DNA from: Chthoniobacteraceae bacterium
GTDB taxonomy: Bacteria; Verrucomicrobiota; Verrucomicrobiia; Chthoniobacterales; Chthoniobacteraceae
Reading direction: 5' to 3'
DNA: 64,000 nucleotides
Assembly (NCBI GenBank): GCA_031409655.1
Contig: JANNXQ010000259.1
Coordinates: 25,914 to 89,913, forward strand
Below are positions 30,320-40,785 of this stretch, in pieces (the first letter of the stretch is position 1; every line of letters starts with the position of its first letter). The notes under the pieces are model-generated. The model was not told the DNA's origin and made no database searches. It saw only the letters and a program-made list of their open reading frames with translations. The position numbers were made by a program, and so were the translations under genes.

Positions 30320-30343
30320 TACAGCGCCTCAGCAGCGTTCCGT

Positions 30344-31110
30344 TTAAGGTCGCAGTTCGGCCGCCAGCTTCGGCCCGATGCTGCGCGGGCCGAGCGGGCG
30401 GCCTTCGAGCGTCGCGACGGGCATGACGCCGAGCCAGCTATTGGTCAGGAAGATCTCATCGGCGGCGATCACGTCTTCGCGGCGGAGGCGGCGCTCCTCC
30501 ACTTTCCTCCGCGCGATCACCCACTCGCGGATGACGCCCGCGCGCGCGCCGCTGGAGCGGGCGGGTGTCGCGATCTTGCCGTCGTGGACGAGGAAGACGT
30601 TCGCCATGCAGGCGGAGACGAGTTCGGCGAGGTCGTTGAAGAGCAGTGCTTCGTCGAAGCCTCGGGCGCGGGTGAGGGCGAGCGCGTTGGTGTTGAACCA
30701 GTAGTTCGCCGTTTTCAATCCGCCGAAGGGTGCGCGGTACGGCTCGTCGTGCAGGGTGATCTCGAAGCTGTCTGCGGTGGGCAAGGTGCGCGGTTCGATG
30801 AAGAGGAAGAGGCGCGGGTGGGTGACCGCAGCGGTCGGCGCGCCATCGCCCGCCGTCACGTAGAGGCGGGCAAAGCCATCGCCACTTTCCGCGAGGACGG
30901 CAGCGGCGGCACGGAGCGCGGATTCCTCGATGGCGAACTCGCGCTCGCCACACGCGTTGAGCAGTCGCGCGAGGTGCTTTTCAAAAAACTCCGACTCGCC
31001 AGCGATGACCCGCAGGCTCTCGAAGACGGACATGCCGTAGCGGAAACCGCGGTCGGTGAGCGGCACCATTGCGCACGGCGAAAAGGCGCCGTCGATCCAC
31101 TGCCACGCGG

Positions 31111-31114
<4 letters not shown>
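30344..31114 (-). CDS. Class IV PLP-dependent aminotransferase / aminodeoxychorismate lyase-like protein
   Basis: DRGFRYGMSVFES, HLARL, GLKTANY (PLP lysine), GFDEALL, ANVF, GVIR, ADEIFLTNS. Confidence 0.88.
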
Positions 31115-32550
<1,436 letters not shown>

Positions 32551-32642
32551 CTAGGCGGCGAAGGCAGAGATGAGGCTACGACGGAAACCGTGCATCATTG
32601 TCATCGGGCTTCTGCCTTCTGTCTGCATATTAAGTTGGCGCG

Positions 32643-33341
32643 TCATAGACCTCCGTAGCGGCGTTCGCGCTTGTGGTATTCGTCGATGGCTTCGCGCAAT
32701 TCGGCCTTGCCGAAATCGGGCCAGAGCTTCGGGGTGACGTGGATTTCGGTGTAACTGAGCTGCCATAGCAGGAAGTTCGACAGCCGCAGCTCGCCAGATG
32801 TCCGGATGAGCAGATCGGGATCGGGAATGCCGCGCGTATAGAGGTGGGCGCCCACGACTTCCGCGTCGATGGATGCGATGTCGCGCTGGCCCGCAGCGAC
32901 TTCGCGGCAGAGTTCCTGGACGGCATCGACAAGCTCGGTGCGGCCGCTGTAGTTCAGCGCGAGGATCAAGGTGGTGGCCGTGTTGGCGGCGGTCTGCGCG
33001 GTAGCGTCGCGCAGGGCAGTCTGGCAGCTTGCGGGCAGTTCATGCAGCCGGCCGATGGCCTGGAGTCGCACGTTGTTTTTCATCAAGGTGGGCATTTCCT
33101 GGGTGATGAAATGTTCGAGGAGCAGCCACAAGGCGCTGACCTCGGCTTCGGGCCGGCGCCAGTTCTCGGTCGAGAAGGCATAGACGGTGAGATACTCGAC
33201 GCCGAGTTCGACGCAGGCCTCGGTGACGGCGCGCACGGATTCCGCGCCCTGCTCGTGACCCTTGATCCGCGGCAGCCCGCGCTCCTTTGCCCAGCGCCCA
33301 TTGCCGTCCATGATGATGGCGATGTGGCGGGGAGGGGTCAT
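32643..33341 (-). CDS. uppS: Undecaprenyl diphosphate synthase (cis-prenyltransferase)
   Basis: HIAIIMDGNGRWA, YAFSTENWRRP, ALNYSGR, PDPDLLIRTSGELRLSNFLLWQ, RRYGG. Confidence 0.97.
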   Translation of the reverse strand: MTPPRHIAIIMDGNGRWAKERGLPRIKGHEQGAESVRAVTEACVELGVEYLTVYAFSTENWRRPEAEVSALWLLLEHFITQEMPTLMKNNVRLQAIGRLHELPASCQTALRDATAQTAANTATTLILALNYSGRTELVDAVQELCREVAAGQRDIASIDAEVVGAHLYTRGIPDPDLLIRTSGELRLSNFLLWQLSYTEIHVTPKLWPDFGKAELREAIDEYHKRERRYGGL

Positions 33342-33352
33342 GGGGAAGGGGG

Positions 33353-33455
33353 AACATCGAACGTCGAACGCCGAACGCTGAACATCGAACACCGAGCGTC
33401 GAGCACCGCGGAGTTCGTTCGATGTTCGATGTTCGATGTTGGAAGTTCGATGTTC
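33353..33455. repeat. Heptamer tandem-repeat hairpin, (TCGAACR)n ... (TTCGATG)n, between purA and uppS
   Basis: AACATCGAACGTCGAACGCCGAACGCTGAACATCGAACACCGAGC ... GTTCGATGTTCGATGTTCGATGTTGGAAGTTCGATGTT. Confidence 0.88.
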
Positions 33456-33456
33456 A

Positions 33457-34797
<1,341 letters not shown>

Positions 34798-34866
34798 TCA
34801 GACTATCGGTCGTCCACTAGCGCGCAAGCGTCGAAAAGGGCCGCCGGGCCTTGCTGCCGCAGGCGC

Positions 34867-35283
34867 TCAAGCCTCCGCGGAGAAGGCGCCGATGAGGCGC
34901 TCCACGGTCGTCTCAAATTCGCGGTCGTCGCTCATATCGAGCATCAGGCGGGACTTAAGGCGCAGGGAGGGGACGGTGCCATCGCGCAAGATCACGAGCA
35001 GGCGCACGGCGCGTTCTTCGACGCCGCGATGATCCGCCAGGATGTTTTCGAGGTCCGTAAATCCGCTCTCACTGTAAGCCTTCGTATAGACCGCGATGGT
35101 GAAGCGCGACTCGAGCACCCCGCGCTCCATTTCGTCGAGCAAAGCGGCGCCGAGCCGGAAGTCGCGATAATCGACGCAGAGCCGAAGGCCGGCGGCTTCG
35201 AGCCGTGGGACCAGCGTCTTGCGGACCCACTCCTGGTCGGAATGGCGGTAGCTGAGGAAGGCGTCGTAGGGACCTTTGGACAT
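34867..35283 (-). CDS. Standalone TIR domain protein (TLR-like, putative catalytic Glu retained)
   Basis: YDAFLSYRHSDQEWVRKTLVPRLEAAGLRLCVDYRDFRLG...MERGVLESRFTIAVYTKAYSESGFTDLE: TIR box1, BB loop and alphaC Glu. Confidence 0.9.
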   Translation of the reverse strand: MSKGPYDAFLSYRHSDQEWVRKTLVPRLEAAGLRLCVDYRDFRLGAALLDEMERGVLESRFTIAVYTKAYSESGFTDLENILADHRGVEERAVRLLVILRDGTVPSLRLKSRLMLDMSDDREFETTVERLIGAFSAEA

Positions 35284-35292
35284 GGGTTTGGG

Positions 35293-38200
35293 TCAGGGGT
35301 TGGCGACCGAGATGTTTGGGCGGTCGATCAGGGTGGTGGCTTCCTTGAGGAGGATGCCGAATTCGAGTTCGTTCCAGAGCCGGCGTGGGGCGCCGACCTC
35401 GCGGCTCTGGCCTTGCTGGATCTGATCGTAGGTGTCGAGGGCTTTGCGCAGCCACCGCTGCGCCTCAGTGGCGTGCTCCGCGCGCTCGCCGTCGCTGAGA
35501 CGCTTCTCACGGCTGAGCTGATGATGGGTCAGGGCGAGGAAGATCTGATCCTGCTGGCGGCCGTCCTCGAGCGCCATCAGGGCGGAGGCGGCGGACTCGT
35601 CGGTCACCTGAGCGAGCGCTTCGCGCACTTGCACCTCGGCCCAGGTTTTGCGGGAGCGATCGAGGGTCTCCCGCGCTTTGGCAAAATCCCCGACGCGGAG
35701 ATACACGGCGCCGAGGGTGTTGAGGCGAAAGTAATTTGGGTCGGCCTCCGCGGTCTTCTCGATGGTGGGCAGGAGTTCGCGGAGCCGGGCGACGTCCGCG
35801 CGGGGATCGAGCACGAATGGCCAGGCAAGGCGCAGGGCAAACTTGCCCGCCCCGTGAAACTTCGCCCACATGTCCTCGAGGGCCTTGAAGTAGGGGGCTG
35901 GATCGTCGGGGTGGAGCTTGAGTTGCAAGCCGGCACGGCGCTGCCACGGGCCGGGGTCGTCCAGCGCCAGCTCCGCCGCTTGGTTGACGGCCTGGAGGCA
36001 GTCTGCCCAGTGCCTCGTCTCGTCCGTGGCCCGGCCTCGGCGGGAGCAATCCAGAGCCTGGTCGAGATGGATGGTGGCGAGCTGCGTCCACGGTTCGTGG
36101 TCCAGAGGATCCTGCGCCGCCATCAGCGCGCAGTCCTTGATCGCGTCCTCCCAGCGGTGCAGTTCGGTGCGCATCCGGGCCCGCAGGGCGATGGTCGGAG
36201 CCCACAACTTTTCCCCGGGCTGGACGCCGAGCAGCGTCCAATTGAAATAGTGTTCCGCCTCGGCCCAGCGTTCGCTCGACTGGAAGGCGTCGCCGCAGCG
36301 CCGGAGCTGGGCAGGCAGGGGGTCGTCTCCGGAGGCGCGAATGGTCGCCTCGAGGTGCCAGGCGGCGGCGAACCAGCGCCCACTGTCTTCGCAGAAAGCC
36401 GCTTCTCGCTGGTGAAATTTCCCGGGCGGGAGCCGGGGAACTTGCGCGAGATAGTCCGTCTTCAGCCGCTGCCACTGCGGCGGCGATTTTTGCAAATCCG
36501 CGGGCCCGAGCGCAGCGCCGGTGATCGTCGCCGCGGTGACGAGTTCGGCCCGGCCGCGGAGATCGCCCGTCGGCAGGTGGTCAGGCGCGATATTCCAGAG
36601 ACGCGCCTCGTCCAGGCGGAGCTGCGGCGCCCTGGAGACGGCGCCGCTGGCCCGAGTCGTGGAGTAGTGCGGGCGGATGCTGGCGAAGCTCAAGGTCAGG
36701 ACCCGCTTTCCCGCGGCATCAAAGGCGGCGCTCCGCACTTCGGTCTGGTGAGGGAGGATGGCGATGAGTTCGCCGGTGCGGGCGTCCCACACGCGCGCGC
36801 GGCGATCGGCGCAGCCGGTGATCACGCGGGAGCCATCGGCGCTAAACGCGGCATCGAGGACGACGCCGCCGTGCGGCAGGCGCGTGGTGGCAGCGGCCTT
36901 TTCACCGGACCATCGCGCGAGATCGTAAAGGACGGCCGAGCTGTCGTAGCTGGCGGTCAGGAGCGTCTGCCCATCGGGGCTGAAGCGCGCGACGGTGAGG
37001 TCGGCACTGTGGATCTTTTCGATCCGCAGGAGCTCGCGATAGGGCGTCGCACTCAGGTCCCAGATCGCCGCCGCGTCGTCGATGCCCGCGGTGGCGAGGC
37101 GCTGCATCGGCGGGTCAAAGGACGCGAAAGTCACGGCCTCGCGATGCGGGAGTTCGCCGCGGAGGGCACCGGTCGCGGCGTCGAAAATCCGGGCGGCGCC
37201 CGTGCGGACGATGCTGTCGCCGCTGCCAGTCACGGCCAGCGTGCCATCGGGACTGAAGGCGATGAAGGTGACGGCGTGAGCGTGCTCGAGAGGCGTGATC
37301 TTTCCGGTAGCCGGCTCCCAGAGCGTGACCATGCGCGACTGTCCGTCCGCAGCGCGGCTGACGACGAGCAGGCGCCGGCCATCGGGCGGGGCAAAGGCGA
37401 GCGCGGTGATTTCGCCGCCGGGCGTCAAGGGGGTGCCGATCCCCTCCGCGCTGCCCACCTTCCAGACGCGCACCTCGGCCGTCGCGGAGGGACCGCCGCC
37501 CGCGGCGATGCGCTGCCCGTCCGCGCTGTAGGCCACGCACGGCACCGGGCCGGGCATCGTCAGGCGCGGCGCGATCGGCTCCCCGCTGGGCGAGACCAGT
37601 TCCACGATGCTCGTTCCTTTGGCATCGCCTCCGGACGCGGTCAGGATGCGTTCGCCGTCCGGGCTGAAAGTGGCCGCGCTCACGGGGCGCTCGAATTCCG
37701 GCGGCGGCGGCATGGCGGTCATCAAGTCCCAGACGCGCACCACATCTCCGCCCGAGGCCACCACCCGGCGGCCATCTTCGGCAAAGGCGGCGGAGACCAC
37801 GCTGCCTTCGTGCCGCAGCGGCGGGAGGAGCAGCCGTCCGGTGGCGAGATCCCAGACGCGCGCTGCCTTGTCGCGGCTGCCGGTGAGCAGATGGCGCCCA
37901 TCCGGGCTGAAGCGCGCCTGAAAGACCCAGCCCTCATGCGAGAGGGTGAGGAGGGTGCGGCCATTGCGGATATTCCAGACGCGGGCGGTGCCATCGTTGC
38001 TCGCGGTGGCCACGCGCAGGCCATCCGGGCTGAAGGCGGCCATGGCCACGCGCGCGGTGTGCCGCAGGGGTGGAGTGGCAGGCTCGCCCGTCTCCGCATC
38101 CCAGACCCGCGCCTCGCCGACTGAGGCCTCTCCCGCGAGGCCGCTCGCGGTCACGAGCGATCTCCCGTCGGGGCTGAATTCCACCCAATTGACGGTCGTC

Positions 38201-40785
38201 TCGTGGGCGATGCGCAGGCGCGTGGAGGATTCGTCGCGGGGTGCGGAAAAGGTCCAGATCAGGGCCGCGCCGGGCTCCGGCTTGCGCGCGTCCCCGAGTG
38301 CGATGGCCAGGCGATCGCCCTCGGGATTGAAGGCGATCCGATTGACGCGAGTCGGGACTGGCTGCGCCCAGATTTCCCCGGTGGCGCGATCCCAGACGGC
38401 CACTTCTCCCGCCGCGCCGTCGGGCGCCTCCACCCAGTAGGCGATCCGATCACGGCTCGGACTGAAGATGACCATGCGCACTGCGCCGAGGGTCTCCACG
38501 CGACCAGCGTCGGTGCCCGCTGCCGACTCCCAGACCTGGACCGCGCCGTCCTTGCCCCCGCTCTGCCCAAAGCCGACCGCGACGATCCAGCCATCGGGGC
38601 GAAAGGCGACCGCATTTGCTGGCCGTGGCGGGGTGGAAACGAGCGGGTGCGGATTTCCCTGCGGATCCCAGAGGTGCGCGACGCCGGATTCCTCGCCAAA
38701 GGTGGAGGTGACCGTGACGATGCGGGTGTCCGGGAGGGCGGAGTCTTTGCGGAGCGTGGGCTCCACGGTGACTTCGGCCGCGGCGAGGCGCGCTTGGGTC
38801 ACGAAGTGCGCGAGGCGCGGGGTTTGCCGGAGCGCGATGGAAAGCCGCTGGCGGTGGGCTGCGCGCCGGGTCTCGTCCTGCGGCAGGGTTGCGACGCCGT
38901 GCGCTTTCATTTCCGTGACCGCGCTCTCCGCCTCCCGCAGGCTCTCGGCAAACCAGAGCGCGGCCAGGGAGAGGTCGCCTTTGGCGATGGCCTGGGTGCC
39001 TTCCTTCACCGTCGTCCGCGCGAGCAGGAAAGACTTTTCACCTCCCTCCCGGGCGACGGTGAGGGCGTGCTGCCGCGCGACTACGCCGGCCCGCCACATC
39101 AGCCCGCCCCAGCCCGCCAGGAGGAGGATGATGGTCGTGAGCGCCGCTCGCTTGAGCAGGAGGCGCTGCCTTTGGGCGCGCTGGCTGGCGGCAAGGAAGT
39201 CGTGCTCCACGGGATTGAGCTGCGGGTAGGTGAAAGCCTCCGCCAGCATGCTGCCGCGCCAGAAGAGCGAGCCCTCACCGCTCTCCCGCCATTGCTCGGA
39301 GGCGTTGCGCAACATCAGCCGTCCGCGCATCTGCACGCGCTTCTCGTCCAGCCACTCCACGATGCGCGGCCAGTGCCGCACGAGGGCGGGATGGCTCACC
39401 GTGACCCGGCGCGGCTCGCTCTGCCCGGGCTCGATCACGCGGAGCAGCCCCGCCTCGCAAAACTCCGCGACGATCTCGTCGAGCCGCTCCTCGGGCGCGG
39501 CCGCCCCGCCCGGAAAATCGAGGGGCACGGGCGTGACCGAAAATCCGCTCCCGAGATGGGGCGTGAGCAGGCGCATGAAAAGACCCTTGATGGCGTCCCG
39601 CGCGATGCCGGGCTGGCGGTACACGCGCTCCGCTGCCCGCTGGAGCGCCACCCAGCCGCCACCGAGCTGCCGGTAGATCTCAAAGCTGATCCGATTGCGC
39701 AGCCGGCCGCCGCGTTCATCCCACATCCGGCGCAGGCTGAACTGGAGCAGCGCGAGGGCAGCGGGATCGCCCTGCACATCGCGGAGCAGCCGCTCGATGA
39801 CCCCTTCCTCAAAGATCAGCCCGACGCGCTGCGCCGGCTCCTCGACGATCTCGCGCAGTTCATTGGCGTCGAAGGTGACATTGAGCTGGGCGTCGTTGAG
39901 CCAGCGGGTGAATTCGTCGCGCCCGGCGAGGCGCGTGAGGGTGTCCGCATCGCCCACGACGATCGCCGTCTGCCCCAGATCCACCCAGGCCGCGAGCGCG
40001 CGCAGAAAGGCGGTGACGTCCGGCCCGGCGGCGAAGGCGAAAATTTCCTCGAACTGATCCACCCCGATCACCGCATCGCGGCTCGCGGGCGCCGTCTCCT
40101 GGATGAAACGCGCCGGCTCCGCCCGCAGGCGGGCGACGCGGGCCGCCAGCTCCCGCGGATCGTCCGTGGGGGCGAGGATGCCCACGAGATTTTCCAGCGG
40201 ACTCCCCCCTGCCGCCAGCACCCCGAGACAGCGCAGGGGCGCGGCCGTGGCGTCGTCCGCGACCGGGCCGCGGCGGGCGAGCCGTGGCCAGAGTCCCTGC
40301 TGGAGCAGAAAGGAGCGGCCACTCCCTGGGGCGCCGATGATCACGAGCAGGCGATTGGCGCGCAGGATGGTCAGGGCGTCCGTCATCAGCCGGGACCACG
40401 CGCGCCGCTGTGCTGGGGAGGCGTCGTCCAGGGTCTGCGGCGAGGCAAAGGGAAACTCCGCAGTCCGGAGATCCGCGCCGGCTTCGGGGTCATAGGGGGC
40501 GAGTTCGCCGCGCGGGAGACGATCCGCGGGCACGTCGTAGCGGTAGAGTGAATTTGACCAGTAGCTGAGCAGGCTCTGCGCGGAGGACCGGTCCGAGTCC
40601 GAGTACAGCCGTGCGCCCATGGCCGCGACTCCGTGCAGGAACTCGATGACCTCGCCGCACAAGGCCTCCCGGTTGCCGCCTTCGCCCTGGAAGCGCTCGA
40701 CGAGCCGGTCATGCTCGGCATTGATTTCGTCGATGGTCGTCAAGGGCGCCTTCGGCGGAGGCTGGATGGGGTTCGTTTCAGGCAT
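35293..40785 (-). CDS. NLR-like protein: unassigned helical N-domain + nSTAND-type NTPase (degenerate Walker A) + TM helix + WD40 repeats + TPRs
   Basis: LLVIIGAPGSGRS, VIGVDQFEEIF, ELREIVEEPA..VGL.FE.G, LALLQFSL..MW, Y..LGG, HPALVRHWP; hydrophobic ALTTIILLLAGWGGLMW; about 16 WD-like repeats (H...V..A.FSPDG...TAS.D..ARVWD); C-terminal TPR-like helices (NTLGAVYLRVGDF..A). Confidence 0.9.
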   Translation of the reverse strand: MPETNPIQPPPKAPLTTIDEINAEHDRLVERFQGEGGNREALCGEVIEFLHGVAAMGARLYSDSDRSSAQSLLSYWSNSLYRYDVPADRLPRGELAPYDPEAGADLRTAEFPFASPQTLDDASPAQRRAWSRLMTDALTILRANRLLVIIGAPGSGRSFLLQQGLWPRLARRGPVADDATAAPLRCLGVLAAGGSPLENLVGILAPTDDPRELAARVARLRAEPARFIQETAPASRDAVIGVDQFEEIFAFAAGPDVTAFLRALAAWVDLGQTAIVVGDADTLTRLAGRDEFTRWLNDAQLNVTFDANELREIVEEPAQRVGLIFEEGVIERLLRDVQGDPAALALLQFSLRRMWDERGGRLRNRISFEIYRQLGGGWVALQRAAERVYRQPGIARDAIKGLFMRLLTPHLGSGFSVTPVPLDFPGGAAAPEERLDEIVAEFCEAGLLRVIEPGQSEPRRVTVSHPALVRHWPRIVEWLDEKRVQMRGRLMLRNASEQWRESGEGSLFWRGSMLAEAFTYPQLNPVEHDFLAASQRAQRQRLLLKRAALTTIILLLAGWGGLMWRAGVVARQHALTVAREGGEKSFLLARTTVKEGTQAIAKGDLSLAALWFAESLREAESAVTEMKAHGVATLPQDETRRAAHRQRLSIALRQTPRLAHFVTQARLAAAEVTVEPTLRKDSALPDTRIVTVTSTFGEESGVAHLWDPQGNPHPLVSTPPRPANAVAFRPDGWIVAVGFGQSGGKDGAVQVWESAAGTDAGRVETLGAVRMVIFSPSRDRIAYWVEAPDGAAGEVAVWDRATGEIWAQPVPTRVNRIAFNPEGDRLAIALGDARKPEPGAALIWTFSAPRDESSTRLRIAHETTVNWVEFSPDGRSLVTASGLAGEASVGEARVWDAETGEPATPPLRHTARVAMAAFSPDGLRVATASNDGTARVWNIRNGRTLLTLSHEGWVFQARFSPDGRHLLTGSRDKAARVWDLATGRLLLPPLRHEGSVVSAAFAEDGRRVVASGGDVVRVWDLMTAMPPPPEFERPVSAATFSPDGERILTASGGDAKGTSIVELVSPSGEPIAPRLTMPGPVPCVAYSADGQRIAAGGGPSATAEVRVWKVGSAEGIGTPLTPGGEITALAFAPPDGRRLLVVSRAADGQSRMVTLWEPATGKITPLEHAHAVTFIAFSPDGTLAVTGSGDSIVRTGAARIFDAATGALRGELPHREAVTFASFDPPMQRLATAGIDDAAAIWDLSATPYRELLRIEKIHSADLTVARFSPDGQTLLTASYDSSAVLYDLARWSGEKAAATTRLPHGGVVLDAAFSADGSRVITGCADRRARVWDARTGELIAILPHQTEVRSAAFDAAGKRVLTLSFASIRPHYSTTRASGAVSRAPQLRLDEARLWNIAPDHLPTGDLRGRAELVTAATITGAALGPADLQKSPPQWQRLKTDYLAQVPRLPPGKFHQREAAFCEDSGRWFAAAWHLEATIRASGDDPLPAQLRRCGDAFQSSERWAEAEHYFNWTLLGVQPGEKLWAPTIALRARMRTELHRWEDAIKDCALMAAQDPLDHEPWTQLATIHLDQALDCSRRGRATDETRHWADCLQAVNQAAELALDDPGPWQRRAGLQLKLHPDDPAPYFKALEDMWAKFHGAGKFALRLAWPFVLDPRADVARLRELLPTIEKTAEADPNYFRLNTLGAVYLRVGDFAKARETLDRSRKTWAEVQVREALAQVTDESAASALMALEDGRQQDQIFLALTHHQLSREKRLSDGERAEHATEAQRWLRKALDTYDQIQQGQSREVGAPRRLWNELEFGILLKEATTLIDRPNISVANP

